Below are positions 50,843 to 63,792 of a stretch of 64,000 nt of DNA, in pieces. The stretch's first letter is position 1. Each line of letters starts with the position of its first letter. A program made the translations under genes and the position numbers. Source of the DNA: Candidatus Binatia bacterium (GTDB lineage Bacteria > Desulfobacterota > Binatia > UBA9968 > CAXXLF01); assembly GCA_963664015.2 (NCBI GenBank), contig CAXXLF010000002.1:448001-512000 (forward strand), given 5' to 3'. The notes below the pieces were generated by a model. The model was not told the origin of the DNA, did no database searches, and saw only the letters and a program-made list of their open reading frames with translations.

Positions 50843-51072
50843 CTCCCATCGCCATCGACAACCATTTTACCACTTGGAAACGTTACGGAACCCGCTACTG
50901 GCCAACGCTCCACATTATCGACAAGAAGGGAATCATCCGCCATACGCGCTTCGGTGAGGGCGGGTACAATGAGATCGAATCCGTTCTGGAGCGCCTGCTC
51001 GAAGAGCGTTGGAAAAATTCTGTCACACCCGCTATCCTAAAAGAATGGACGGATTGCATTGCACAATGGTAA
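50843..51072 (+). pseudogene. C-terminal remnant of a DipZ-like redoxin, fused in frame to the cyclodeaminase
   Basis: PIAIDN.F.TW..Y..RYWPTL.IIDK.G.IR....GEG.Y..IE..L..LL.E, lacking the CxxC half. Confidence 0.7.
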
Positions 51073-51116
51073 GGTTTTCCTAATCAAGACGAATAACACA
51101 GGAGGATGATCCATAA

Positions 51117-51611
51117 ATGCCGAAACTTAAGGCTATTCTCGGGCTAATTGTTGCCATCGCCCTCGTTACGGGATGGTATCTGTTTCGACCTGAGCTTATG
51201 TTCATTAATAAGACCGTGAATGAACAGCTTCAAGGGATGCCCTCGACCCAAACGACCGACCGATTGTCCATACCCAGTACCCTTGCGGCCGGGCGCTTTC
51301 ATAGCCTGGCCCATGAGACTCAGGGAGTGGCGACTCTCTACCGCCTGCCCGACGGAAAATTGATCCTTCGACTCACCGAGTTCAAGACCTCCAATGGTCC
51401 CGACGTTCGCGTTTACCTAGTCGCCGCCCCCGACTCCAATGATGACGCTACCGTTACCAAATCAGGATTTATCGATCTTGGCCGAATGAAGGGCAACATG
51501 GGCAATCAAAACTATGAACTCCCTCCCGATACCGACCTGAGTCGTTACCGCTCGGTCAGTATCTGGTGCTACCGCTTCGGCGTCAATTTCGGGGCCGCAC
51601 CGCTCGCATAA
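51117..51611 (+). CDS. DM13 domain protein
   Basis: G.F....H.T.G.A, LRL..F.TSNGPD..VYL, LG..KG..GNQNY and SV.IWC..F..NFG.A.L. Confidence 0.9.
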   Translation: MPKLKAILGLIVAIALVTGWYLFRPELMFINKTVNEQLQGMPSTQTTDRLSIPSTLAAGRFHSLAHETQGVATLYRLPDGKLILRLTEFKTSNGPDVRVYLVAAPDSNDDATVTKSGFIDLGRMKGNMGNQNYELPPDTDLSRYRSVSIWCYRFGVNFGAAPLA

Positions 51612-51822
51612 CCATCCGGGAAATCGGTTGTAATCCATGGACGATATCACCATGGACAGCTTGCAAGATACTCCGAGAAAGGGCCTGCAATATGGAGACC
51701 TGATTCTTGCGATAATCCAGTCCGCTCTGACTACTCCCGTTGAGAGGATGGTTGAGAACAATCCTAACGGGACTTGAAGTTATTTTCGGTCTTGCTTGTA
51801 ATAAACATACAGGGGAGGGAAC

Positions 51823-52299
51823 ATGATTGCTAAAGACTCCGTGTTCTATCAGTGGATCGCAGGTCTGGTGAGAGACCTGGATCAGCTGCAATGGATCCCA
51901 ATCCTGCTGGTTAGGATTTCCATTGGTTTACTCTTTTTGGAATCCGGTAGAGGCAAGCTTTTCGTCAAATTCGAGGAATTCACGGATTTTTTCGTCCAGT
52001 TGGGAGTCCCCTTCCCGCACTTCAACGCGCTCTTTGTCGCTGCTACTGAATTCGTCGGGGGGACCTGCCTGATTGTCGGAGTGGCCACTCGTCTCTTTTC
52101 CGCACCTTTGGCTTGTATCATGCTAGTTGCGATTGTAATACCAGAGATCAAGAAAGTAAGCACGTTAGGTGATTTCCTTTATCTACCTGAGGTATCTCTC
52201 CTGGCTATTTTTGTCTGGTTGGTGTTCTCGGGACCGGGCAAGATCAGCATCGACACCATGATGTCGCGCTGGTTCGGATTCGAAGATCAAAAGGTTTAA
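51823..52299 (+). CDS. DoxX family membrane protein
   Basis: LLVRI..G..F..SG..KL, LGVPFP, EF.GG..L..G..TR and GPG..SID. Confidence 0.88.
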   Translation: MIAKDSVFYQWIAGLVRDLDQLQWIPILLVRISIGLLFLESGRGKLFVKFEEFTDFFVQLGVPFPHFNALFVAATEFVGGTCLIVGVATRLFSAPLACIMLVAIVIPEIKKVSTLGDFLYLPEVSLLAIFVWLVFSGPGKISIDTMMSRWFGFEDQKV

Positions 52300-52304
52300 C
52301 GACA

Positions 52305-53165
52305 ATGAAGGCTAATAAAAACGAAAAAACACTACCTAATGTCGTCATGCCCGCGTGCGGCATCGAAAAGATACTGAAGGGTCAAAAGGCCCTCATAACC
52401 GGAGCCAACTCGGGTTTAGGTAAAGGGATCGCCCAGGCCTTGGGAGAGGCAGGAGCAGACGTGGTGGTCAACTACTTTTCTGGTGAGGGAGCCGCCGAGG
52501 AGGTGGTGACCGAAATTAAAGATCACGGCAGCAAAGCATTTGCACACAAGGCCGACGTTTCCAAGGAAGATCAGGTTCAGGCCATGTTCCAGCGCATGTT
52601 AAAGGAGTTTGGTACCGTCGACATTCTCATTAACAATGCAGGTCTCCAAATCGATGCCCCCTTCGACGAGTTGACCCTGGAACAGTGGAATGGCGTCATC
52701 AATGTCAACCTGACAGGACAATTCCTTTGTGCACGAGAAGCCGTCAGAGAGTTCAAGCGCCGGGGCATTGTCCAAACCGTCTCCTGTTCTGCGGGAAAGA
52801 TTATTTGCATCAGTTCGGTTCATGAGATCATCCCATGGGCAGGTCATGTAAACTACGCGGCTTCCAAGGGCGGCGTGATGCTCATGATGAAGAGTATTGC
52901 GCAGGAGGTAGCTCCCCACCGTATCCGAGTCAACAGCATCTCGCCGGGGGCTATTCGTACGCCGATCAATACTGCCGCCTGGAGCACCCCGGAGGCATAC
53001 AACGACCTGATGAAGCTGGTCCCCTACAAACGAATCGGTGAAGCGGTGGACATCGGACGTGCGGCCGTTTGGCTCGCTTCCGACCACGCCGATTACATAA
53101 CGGGAATTAGCCTTTTTGTCGACGGAGGAATGACGCTCTATCCAGGATTTGCGGAGGGAGGTTGA
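52305..53165 (+). CDS. Glucose 1-dehydrogenase-like short-chain dehydrogenase
   Basis: TGANSGLG, NNAG, SSVHE.IPW, YAASK, PGAI.TPIN and DGGMTLYP.F. Confidence 0.9.
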   Translation: MKANKNEKTLPNVVMPACGIEKILKGQKALITGANSGLGKGIAQALGEAGADVVVNYFSGEGAAEEVVTEIKDHGSKAFAHKADVSKEDQVQAMFQRMLKEFGTVDILINNAGLQIDAPFDELTLEQWNGVINVNLTGQFLCAREAVREFKRRGIVQTVSCSAGKIICISSVHEIIPWAGHVNYAASKGGVMLMMKSIAQEVAPHRIRVNSISPGAIRTPINTAAWSTPEAYNDLMKLVPYKRIGEAVDIGRAAVWLASDHADYITGISLFVDGGMTLYPGFAEGG

Positions 53166-53369
53166 TTTTGTAAATCAAGCGAGGACTCCGAGGAAAATAG
53201 TACTCAAAACACCTGATTCTAGGGCTACGGCTGGTCGCCATAATATCCTCTTCCCCAATCAAGAATTTAGTGGCTTGAACCCACAGAAACTTGTATACTG
53301 GACCTGTAAATCCGTGGGCATAGGAGCCTTCACGGTTGGAATCAATCTACACTGGAAAGGCAGCCGGCT

Positions 53370-55190
<1,821 letters not shown>

Positions 55191-55194
55191 TCCT

Positions 55195-56169
55195 ATGAAC
55201 GCCTCAAGGATCACCCTGAACCGGGGAGTCTTTAAGGGGTGGAAAACCTGGCATATACGTCGCGACCCACTGGAGCTTGTGTTACTACCCGAGGTTGGGG
55301 GCCGGATCATGGGAATGCTCTGGCACGGTCACGACCTCTACTTTACCAACCCCGCCCGCGAGGGACGGATAGAAAATGTTGCTGCCGTTTCCGATCTTCA
55401 CGCAAAGAAACGCGCAATGGGGTTCCCCCTCTGGGGTGGCGATAAGACATGGTTGGCACCTCAGACCCGTTGGACCGACGCGGTCCCCTTTCTCGATCTC
55501 GATAGCGGATCCTACGAGCTATCCGTCGATGACGAGACGGCCTCAAAGGTCTGTCTCAGTATGACCAGTCCCCTCTGCCGCGAGACCGGTACCCGCCTTA
55601 CTCGAACCATCACCCTATCGTCGGACCACGAAGATTGGACCGTAAAGCATCGCCTGACCAATGCCTCGGGTTCGGATATTTGCTGGGCCCTCTGGGACGT
55701 CACCATGGTACGGAAACCAGGCATTGTCTACCTACCACGGTGTAAGACCTCTCAATTTGACGGCGGGGTCAAGACATTTGTCGAGGAAGGCGAATCGAAA
55801 AGTGTCCGGGCCGCCGTGCTCAAAGAAATGGGCAACCTCGCCGCCATCCATTGCCAAGGTGGTCAGGCCTTCAAATTCGGCGTCGACTCGGAAGAAGCAT
55901 GGATACTAAGCGTTATCGACATCGCTGGCCCTGGGCTGGTGGGTTATCGTAAACAAGTCCCGGTTTTTCGGAATGAGGAGTACGGTCATGGTTGCACGTC
56001 CGAGGTGTACAACTCGGACCGCTTTCCCTATTTTGAGATGGAAATCCATGGGCCCTTGGTTCAGTTAAAACCGGGACAGAGTTTCGAACTAGAAGAACGC
56101 CAGGTGTTATTCGATATAACCCAACGGCCCGCCACCGAAGAAGAGTTGCGCCAAATGATTCCCGTATAG
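55195..56169 (+). CDS. Galactose mutarotase-like/DUF4380-type protein
   Basis: P.VGGRIM, GGDKTW.APQ..W, R.ITL, W..W.VT and Y.E.E..GP...L.PG. Confidence 0.65.
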   Translation: MNASRITLNRGVFKGWKTWHIRRDPLELVLLPEVGGRIMGMLWHGHDLYFTNPAREGRIENVAAVSDLHAKKRAMGFPLWGGDKTWLAPQTRWTDAVPFLDLDSGSYELSVDDETASKVCLSMTSPLCRETGTRLTRTITLSSDHEDWTVKHRLTNASGSDICWALWDVTMVRKPGIVYLPRCKTSQFDGGVKTFVEEGESKSVRAAVLKEMGNLAAIHCQGGQAFKFGVDSEEAWILSVIDIAGPGLVGYRKQVPVFRNEEYGHGCTSEVYNSDRFPYFEMEIHGPLVQLKPGQSFELEERQVLFDITQRPATEEELRQMIPV

Positions 56170-56405
56170 TGATCCAGGGACCAGAGGATCCATCCAATTC
56201 AATGGCGCAACACGACTCTCGAAGAGGCTGAAGACCGTGGCCACCACGAACTGCTCAACTGATTCTGTCTGGCGGGAGCTATGGCCGAGCTCAACGGAAG
56301 CCCACCGACGCCGTATTCATGGAATCGTGGATTTCAAACTCCAATAAGGCTTTTTTTATTTTTGAGCCCAAATGATAGTGCTCGGTTTGGAATAGGAGAA
56401 TAGTG

Positions 56406-57110
56406 ATGGCTAATCAGGACGTCGCACTCATTGTAGGTTCGGGACCAGGGCTAAGTGCCTCCATTGCCCGCCTGTTTGCTAAAGAAGGCATGCGGGTCGC
56501 CATGGCGGCACGCAATACGGACAAGCTGGAAGCGTTGATCGAGGAGGTCAACGGACGGGCCTATCTTTGCGACGCAATCGTCCCAAAAGATGTGGACAGC
56601 CTATTCAGCTCGGTGGCCAACGACATGGGTACTCCGAACATCGTCATTTACAATGCCAGCCGCCGCGCTCGCGGCCCCGTCACGGAGCTTGATCCTGAAG
56701 AGGTTCGGAACGCCATTCTGGTTACTTGCTACGGGGGCTTTCTCGTTGCGCGAGCAGCCGCCAAGCAGATGATTCCGGCAGGGCGAGGCACCATCCTGTT
56801 CACTGGGGCGTCGGCCGGGATCAAAGGATTTGCCAATTCTTCTTGCTATGCCATGGGAAAGTTTGGTCTGAGCGGGCTCGCCCAGAGCCTGGCCCGGGAG
56901 CTTCAACCCCAGAATATCCATGTCGCCCAGGTCGTTATCGATGGCGGAATTCTCAATGCCAAACGCGAACCAGAGCGGATCAAGACGAAAGGTCCCGATG
57001 GCATGCTACACCCCGACGCCATCGCTCAAACCTATCTCAACCTGCACCACCAACACCGTAGCGCCTGGGCCTCGTATATCGAGCTCCGGCCCTGGGTTGA
57101 GAAGTTTTAG
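56406..57110 (+). CDS. Short-chain dehydrogenase/reductase
   Basis: G.GPGL, YNA, FTGASA, KF.L.GLAQS.AREL.P..IHVA..VIDG and ELRPW.EKF. Confidence 0.92.
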   Translation: MANQDVALIVGSGPGLSASIARLFAKEGMRVAMAARNTDKLEALIEEVNGRAYLCDAIVPKDVDSLFSSVANDMGTPNIVIYNASRRARGPVTELDPEEVRNAILVTCYGGFLVARAAAKQMIPAGRGTILFTGASAGIKGFANSSCYAMGKFGLSGLAQSLARELQPQNIHVAQVVIDGGILNAKREPERIKTKGPDGMLHPDAIAQTYLNLHHQHRSAWASYIELRPWVEKF

Positions 57111-57228
57111 ACCTACAGACGCAGGGACGCTGCCCTAACCCTATTGAATTGAACTCATTGCAACGTTATACTTATTAGGCAGCGTTTTAGCCTTCATTTT
57201 CATAAAAAATCCTTGAAAGGGAAAGAGT

Positions 57229-57882
57229 ATGCCACAAGCTCAGCTCGCCTTATTTATATTCGCTTGGTTTTTAACCGTTCCGCTTCTTCATGCGGACGAA
57301 GGCAAACACGGGAACGAGACTCCGTTGTATGGGAAAGTGGTACGGGCTCAAATAACCCCACCAGGAACGCCAGGAGATAAGATCCTCAAGGAAGGCAAAT
57401 TCCCCACCTTTCATCCATTGATAACCCATTTCCCTATCGTCTTGATCATTGCCGCGATGCCCTTTTATGCCTGGGGAGCGGCCCGTAGGCGAATCGTGTT
57501 CCGACGCTCTGGCATGATTCTCGCCGCATTCGGTTTCTTGGGGGCTCTTCTGGCGGGCTACGTTTTTCATCCTCATACGGAAGGGCTGAGCCCTGCAGCC
57601 CAAGAGGCCCTGTGGAACCATAACTTCTATGCAAGCATGACCCTATACGTGACCGCGATTGCCATTGGCATAGGTGTCCTTACCTGTATGCAACGATTTC
57701 AGGGGTTGAGCTTGCAGGCTACGGCTTCGATATTCTTGCTGTTATCGGTTTTGACGGTTAGCATCACGGGACACTATGGGGCAACACTGGTTCATATATA
57801 CGGGGTAGGCCCCAAGGGAGATTTTCTCTCAAAAGAGCATATTGGAATCCATATCCCCATTTTCGACATAACTCTTCGATGA
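57229..57882 (+). CDS. DUF2231-like membrane protein, possibly heme- or metal-binding
   Basis: HPLITHFPI, H.H, and TGHYGATLV..YGVG; four TM segments. Confidence 0.75.
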   Translation: MPQAQLALFIFAWFLTVPLLHADEGKHGNETPLYGKVVRAQITPPGTPGDKILKEGKFPTFHPLITHFPIVLIIAAMPFYAWGAARRRIVFRRSGMILAAFGFLGALLAGYVFHPHTEGLSPAAQEALWNHNFYASMTLYVTAIAIGIGVLTCMQRFQGLSLQATASIFLLLSVLTVSITGHYGATLVHIYGVGPKGDFLSKEHIGIHIPIFDITLR

Positions 57883-57903
57883 AATCCTGGGAGGAGACTG
57901 GCT

Positions 57904-58380
57904 ATGAAGATTAAAGGTAAGAAGTTAAGGCTGTTATGGTTTTTTGGGGTCCCTTTAGTCGTTGCGATTACAGCCATCGTCGTATACTCCCAACCGGCCC
58001 CGGCAAACCCCACCATCACGGTCTACAAGAGCCCGACCTGAGGGTGCTGCTCCAGCTGGGTGGGTCACCTGGAAGCAAACGGTTTCAGCGTTAATAAGAA
58101 AAATGTTACGGGGGCGGCCCTCATAGCAGTCAAGCGAGAACAAGGAGTGCCCTCAACCCTCCGTTCCTGCCATACGGCAGTGGTGCAAGGCTATGTGATA
58201 GAAGGCCACGTACCAGCCGACGTTATCAAACGCCTGCTGACCGATAGGCCGCCCCATCGGGGCCTAGGCGTGCCTGGAATGCCCGTCGGTTCACCAGGGA
58301 TGGAGGGCCCCAACCCCCAGCCTTACGATATCTTCGCCTTCGACCATAAGGGAGGGATGGAAGTCTATGCCAACCGATAG
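57904..58380 (+). CDS. DUF411 (CopG-like) exported metal-binding protein with TGA at a conserved Cys; candidate selenoprotein
   Basis: Signal/anchor, then VYKSPT*GCC..W..HL, SCHTA, GYVIEGHVPA and VPGMP.GSPGME; the only lesion is TGA 58039-58041; GGAGG RBS. Confidence 0.8.
58048..58077 (+). promoter_or_regulatory. Candidate bacterial SECIS hairpin
   Basis: TGC-TCCA-(GCTG bulge)-GGTG-[GGT loop]-CACC-TGGA-A-GCA immediately 3' of the in-frame TGA; folded by eye. Confidence 0.5.
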
Positions 58381-58550
58381 GGATCGGACTATTGTTCCAA
58401 CTCGTTTTTAATCGACCGCAGGATTACCCCCAAACAAAATTCCTCAACCGCCCTGCCATGGGGCTGGTTTCAGCTATTGATCCAAAACTACAGACAGTCC
58501 GGATTGCGAAGCCACCTCCCCATAAAACACATGGGATAACAAGGGGTTAC

Positions 58551-59643
58551 TTACCGAACTTCTCTACTAAGGCTGCGTACCAATTGGGGGTGGTTCGCTT
58601 TCACTCCCGCCATATCAATGCCTCCGCGAGGTTGCGAAAATTTAAGGCCGCACTGCGGCTGAGGGTTATGGTTTGGATTCTCGCTTCATTCAAGCTCGAT
58701 GTGACCTGGCCCTTGATTCGGCGCGCATCGCTTTTGATCCTATCCTCGAATGACCGGCCAAGTTCGCTAAAAGCCCTTCGATCGCCTTGGCTCAACTTTA
58801 ACCATTCTGAGAGATTACATAGAATAAAGATGGCGCCACGAAGCACAGGCGGACCCATCCGATATCGGTAGCTAACCGTCCCCACTCGGCCGGTAGGTCC
58901 GTTCCAAGGAACAGTCTGCCATCGATACTCCCCCGTTCCACACCCGAGGGAGCGACCTGTTCCGAGATACCGACCTCGGTGGCACCAAATTGGCGAAACA
59001 AATGATCCGGTAAATTATGGCCCGAGAGATCGGGACCTTTCGTTCCCAAACGAATCTTGCGTTTGCTAAAGAGCCAGTGTCCGAAGTCGGCCATTGCCCA
59101 CGCGAGCAGATGCACTCCAGCCTTGCGATGAAGCCGTTCATTGAGAAAGTCCAATCCGCCGTTACCACGGATCTCCTGGGGAGACCGTCCGGAGACACTC
59201 AAGACCTTCAGTTCGGGTACGTATTTGGGACCCAGGAGATAACTGGGATCACTGAAAAGGATCGGAATATTCCCGTATTTCATTTTTGTAACCCCACTGG
59301 TCTTGCTTACCCTGCAATCGTATTCCTTTCGATCGTAAATGAGCCACTTGGGATATTCCATCTTTTTTCGACCCCGGGTTACATAACTTCTCTCATAGAC
59401 ATACTCCAGGCCAATGGAGCCGTTACTGACTTCCACCGCCCTTTGAACAAAACGTGTTAGAAATAGTTTCTGTATTGTCGACGTGGGAGAAAAGGTTGAG
59501 AGAACCTCGACGGTCCGTTCCGCTTGCCGTGGTGCAGCTATCTGCTGCCGACTTCCCGTTAGAACACCGAGATCGCCACTGCCGCATGATGCCACGAAAA
59601 CCACCATCGCAACAGTAACAATTGCCGTGGCAATGGAACGCAA
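58551..59643 (-). pseudogene. Degenerate TRAP-transporter DctP-like substrate-binding lipoprotein
   Basis: Lipobox VASC; F..R..E.SNG.I, DL.G, F.QFGA..V....E...G.ERG.IDG and N...W.KL...DR; frameshift near 58880 and TGA at 58601. Confidence 0.55.
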
Positions 59644-59804
59644 TTTAAAGAACTGATTTTCATCAAATCATGGTAAAGATCAAGCCAGGCGTATAATTCA
59701 CCCTTTACTTCTTTGGTAAATTTTATAGAATAGATGGGGCTAGGGGAAAAGTTATGCTTCACACCTATGGCGGCAATGTAATCAAGGTCCGGAATTCGAT
59801 ATCA

Positions 59805-60379
59805 ATGGTAGGACCATTAAGCAGTAAGGCCCGTATCACCTTTGGGATCGGGATCGCTCTGATTCTCTGCGTTTCTCTAGTCGGCATCCCGACCACGCAC
59901 AGCGCCCAAGAAATGGTGCGCGTCAAGGTCAAATCGGCCAACCTGCGTACCGGTCCGGGCAAAAACTTCAAGAAAGTTTCGGAGGTCCCGCGCAACTATC
60001 CCTACCAGGTGATTACCCGCAAGGGTCGCTGGCTAAAGGTAAAGGATTTTGAAAGCTTCGAGGACTGGATTTATGGTCCGCTTACGGACCGAGCACCAGC
60101 AGCCGTGATCAAGGTAAAAAGGGCCAACGTCCGCAGCGGCCCGGGGACCCAGAATCCAGTTTTTTTACCGCGGACAAGGGCGTTGCCTTTCAAGTCCTCG
60201 AAAAGAAGGGAGACTGGATCAAAGTACGAGCCAACGACCAAGACGAGGGTTGGATCATTAAAAATTTACTCTGGGGCTTTTTCAAAGATCCTAAGGGAAT
60301 CGTAAGGAAAAAGGAAAGAAGACCAACGGCGAAAAAAGCAGATCAACCAATTAAGAAGAGGGACAAGGCCGGCCAATAG
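59805..60379 (+). pseudogene. Tandem bacterial SH3 domain protein, frameshifted in a T7 run
   Basis: ANLRTGPG, WLKV.D...DWI, ANVRSGPG; after the run at 60160-60166 the other frame gives FTADKGV.F.V..K.GDWIKV...GWI...LLWG. Confidence 0.75.
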
Positions 60380-60444
60380 GTAATGATGAGGACAGCCACC
60401 AACAGGATAACGAAAAAGGGAAAGGTCGCTCGGTACAACAAGAT
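60343..60444 (-). pseudogene. C-terminal remnant of a TRAP large permease (DctM)
   Basis: Hand translation LYRATFPFFVILLVAVLIITYWPALSLFLIG* resembles the DctM C-terminus. Confidence 0.55.
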
Positions 60445-60746
60445 CGCGCAAACCAAATTTGCGCCATTACGCTATCACTCCGTACTGCTGCGTCTATCTA
60501 GCATTCAAGTCAAATCGATTATCTACCCATCTATCTTGCTATCTTGGACCCGTAACCCTTGGGTCCCTGCAGCCTTTCCTGCAGTCGGTGGTAACCACGT
60601 CGCCGATTGTAATAAAGCCAGTTGACAATTCGACTCCTTTTCGAATATTCTCCCCTTCCGTAGGTTTTATATTTCCCTTAATTTAAGGAGAAGGGATACT
60701 CGACGTAGCCTTGCAGGCAAACCGGTAGAGTGTCCTCACCCATATC

Positions 60747-61280
60747 ATGAGTGAAAAAACGAGTAAGGGCATCACTTTGATTCGTCATCATGCCGCCATC
60801 GTAGAGGCTGCAGCCGCTCGAATCTTCCCCACTACATCCACACCGGGAGCGACCGAGGCCGGTGTAACCAACTACGTGAGTCGCCTGCTCACCGAGGCAT
60901 ACCCGAGCCTTGCAGGTTTGTATCGGAACGGGTGCCGCGCATTCGACCGCCATGCCAAGCGCCGGTTCGGTTTAGGTTTCTTACGGATCCCCGAGTCCAA
61001 CCAGGATGCGGTTCTTACAGACTTTGAGGCCGGGCAAGTGCCGGACTTCAAGCAGGCATCCGAATTCTTTGAAACGCTGCGCAGCCATACCATGGAAGGC
61101 ATCCTGGGCGAGCCTGCCTACGGTGGCAACCGTGACATGATAGGTTGGAAGCTTGTCGGCTTTCCGGGCCATCAATTTGGCTACTCGGATTCGTACATCA
61201 ACCGGCCCGTGGACCTGGAGCCTGTCGCCGTTGACAGGCCTTACCCCAAAGAGGAGGATTGGCGTGGCAAATCCCGTTGA
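60747..61280 (+). CDS. Gluconate 2-dehydrogenase subunit 3 family protein
   Basis: RIFP...PGA.EAGV..Y, FF..L..HT.EG...P.YGGN....GWKLVGFPG. Confidence 0.9.
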   Translation: MSEKTSKGITLIRHHAAIVEAAAARIFPTTSTPGATEAGVTNYVSRLLTEAYPSLAGLYRNGCRAFDRHAKRRFGLGFLRIPESNQDAVLTDFEAGQVPDFKQASEFFETLRSHTMEGILGEPAYGGNRDMIGWKLVGFPGHQFGYSDSYINRPVDLEPVAVDRPYPKEEDWRGKSR

Positions 61281-62946
61281 CGTTTGTATCGTAGGCATGG
61301 GTGCCGTCGGTGGCATCATGGCAAAAGAGCTCGCTACCGCAGGCCTCAAAGTGGTCGGACTTGAACGGGGTCCAATGCTGGAGTTTGAAAACTATGCTTA
61401 CAAGGATTCCATCCGGGCAATTTCCAGGCGCGATCTCGAAGAACGGGTTAAGCACGAGCCCATCAGTATCCGCCCCAAGAAGGGCACCAAGACACGACTT
61501 CAATACACCACCTCACCCAGCAATAACGTCGGCGGTGGACTGATGATCTGGACCGGTAGCGCTACCCGATTTCTACCGGATGACTTCAAAGTTTATACAA
61601 ATGATGTACAAAGCGGCAATGCCAAAAGGGCTGGTGCCGACCTAAAGGGTTACAACATTGCCGACTGGCCCATCACCTATGACGACCTCGAACCCTATTA
61701 TGAACGTTTTGAATGGGAAATGGGTGTATCCGGGAAGGCCGAATCCAATCCCTTCGCAGGACCACGCAAAAAGGGCTATCCCCTACCACCGCTACGACCA
61801 AGCACTCGTACGAAACTATTTGGCGAGGCCACCTTGCGTCTCGGCTACCATGCCTACGAGACCCCCCAGGGCATTCTGTCCCAGGCTTACAAACCGCCCG
61901 AGCCGTACGACCAACGGATCCCCGAGCGCCGTGGTTGTGTTTATTGCGGTCAGTGCAACAACTACGGTTGCCATGTCCAGGCCAAGACCTCCTCACCCTT
62001 CACGGTTATCCCGGCGGCCCTCGAGACAGGGAACCTGGACTTGCGCACCCGTTGCAAGGTCTTTCGCGTTAACACGGGCCATGACGGGCGGACCAATGGG
62101 GTCTCCTATTTTGACCCAGACGGAAAAATCGTTGAGCAGTCCGCCAAAGTGGTCATTCTCGGCGGCTTTCTCTACGAAAACATTCGCCTTCTGCTGCTCT
62201 CCGGAGAGGGAAAAAAGGGTCTGGCCAACTCCAGCGGACTTGTCGGCCATGCCATTATGGCCCACGGAGACGTCCGCACCACCGGCCTATTCGACGATAC
62301 CATCATCAATGGATTCATCGGCCCCAATGGCGGAATGCGCATGGATGATTTCAACGCCAATAACTTCGATCATACAGGTCTGGGATTCATTCGAGGAGCC
62401 ACTGTCGGGACCAGCGGTGGCGGTACGCCTATCGAACGATGCGACGTTATCCCCCCCGGGTGGCCCCGTTGGGGAGAAAAGTACAAGGAAAATCTAACCC
62501 GCTACTACACCCGTTGCTTTGACATCGGGATGCACCCTGAGACCCTCCCGCACAAAGACAACGTCGTCGATTTAGATCCGCTGCGTAAAGACGAATGGGG
62601 CATTCCCCTACCCAGAGTCACCTTCAGCTTCCATCAGAACGAGCACCAAATGTGGCGTTACATCGGAGAGAAATGCGAAGGAATTATGAGGGAGACCGGG
62701 GCAAGCCATGTTTGGACCAAACCCAGCAAGCGCGGCAGCCGTTGGGCCGGCGGCGTCCGCATGGGCGACGATCCGAAAAAGTCTGTCGTCAATGGATACT
62801 GCCAAGCCCACGACGTGGAGAACCTTTTTGTGGTCGGCTCAGCGGTATTTCCGAGCATGACCGGCTATGCGGCGACTCCCACCGTCAGCGCCCTTGCATA
62901 CCGCGCAGCCGAATATATTAAGTCCAGCGACAAGTTACTCGGCTAG
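61264..62946 (+). CDS. GMC oxidoreductase (gluconate 2-dehydrogenase flavoprotein-like)
   Basis: [31 protein letters not shown], CxxCGxC...GC and SVVN.Y.Q.HDV.NLFV. Confidence 0.92.
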   Translation: MANPVDVCIVGMGAVGGIMAKELATAGLKVVGLERGPMLEFENYAYKDSIRAISRRDLEERVKHEPISIRPKKGTKTRLQYTTSPSNNVGGGLMIWTGSATRFLPDDFKVYTNDVQSGNAKRAGADLKGYNIADWPITYDDLEPYYERFEWEMGVSGKAESNPFAGPRKKGYPLPPLRPSTRTKLFGEATLRLGYHAYETPQGILSQAYKPPEPYDQRIPERRGCVYCGQCNNYGCHVQAKTSSPFTVIPAALETGNLDLRTRCKVFRVNTGHDGRTNGVSYFDPDGKIVEQSAKVVILGGFLYENIRLLLLSGEGKKGLANSSGLVGHAIMAHGDVRTTGLFDDTIINGFIGPNGGMRMDDFNANNFDHTGLGFIRGATVGTSGGGTPIERCDVIPPGWPRWGEKYKENLTRYYTRCFDIGMHPETLPHKDNVVDLDPLRKDEWGIPLPRVTFSFHQNEHQMWRYIGEKCEGIMRETGASHVWTKPSKRGSRWAGGVRMGDDPKKSVVNGYCQAHDVENLFVVGSAVFPSMTGYAATPTVSALAYRAAEYIKSSDKLLG

Positions 62947-63091
62947 CCGATCCGATATCAAAGCCCTGGCCCATCTCCTTCATCCGGAATGGCAAGTTTG
63001 CGCGTTGAGGGCCTTTGCCGTCTTCGATCACCTTCCAAATAAACTCAAATGCCCTCCGACGAAACGGCAGGGAAAACGGCAATACAAAAAT

Positions 63092-63769
63092 CTAGTTACC
63101 GACATGCCGGGCAAGAAATTCTAACGTGCGCTCCCGGGCAAGCTGTGCCGCGTCCGCTCGATAGTTTTGCCGCTCTTGGTTATCGAAGCCGTGAGGGGCA
63201 CCGGGATAGCTAAAGATCGGCGTACCCGCCTGATCTTTTTTTATCTGATCGAGTGTTTCCCGAGGTATCACCATATCCTCTTCGCCGATATGCATGATCG
63301 CGGGATGCCGGGCGTGGTCATTGGGAAAATGGCTGGTCTCACTGGGGTAATAAGCCACCGCGCCATCAACCTGGCGTCGGCACGCAAACAACCAGGCGGC
63401 TGATCCTCCCCAACAATACCCCACGACCCCAACCTTTTTCGCCCCCGCCGAACGGAGAATATCCCTTGCCACTTCCAAGTCGTCCAGCGCGTTATCCCAA
63501 TCGACCTTACCGGCGATCTTCATACCGCGGTCCCGGCTCTCGAGAGCATAGTCCAGGTTAACGCCGCGCTCGGCACGGTCGAAGAGTGCCGGGGCAATGG
63601 CGGTATAACCGACCTTTGCATAAAAATCACAGATGCCCTCGATGTACGAATTGACCCCGAAAATCTCCTGACAGATGATCACCCCGCCCTTCGGTCTACC
63701 CTCCGGCTCCGCCCTATAGGCGTCCATCTCGAACCCGTCTTTTCCCGTGATTTTTATTCGTTTTTCCAC
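63092..63769 (-). CDS. Dienelactone hydrolase family protein
   Basis: QEIFGVN, GYCWGG and YPGA.HGF. Confidence 0.93.
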   Translation of the reverse strand: MEKRIKITGKDGFEMDAYRAEPEGRPKGGVIICQEIFGVNSYIEGICDFYAKVGYTAIAPALFDRAERGVNLDYALESRDRGMKIAGKVDWDNALDDLEVARDILRSAGAKKVGVVGYCWGGSAAWLFACRRQVDGAVAYYPSETSHFPNDHARHPAIMHIGEEDMVIPRETLDQIKKDQAGTPIFSYPGAPHGFDNQERQNYRADAAQLARERTLEFLARHVGN

Positions 63770-63792
63770 GATCCCTTACCCTCTTCGATTTG

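Noticed and set aside
56200-56290. Ankyrin-like remnant (QWRNTTLEEAEDRGHHELLN*FCLAGA)
   Set aside because: A single degenerate unit with a stop and no start; too short to support
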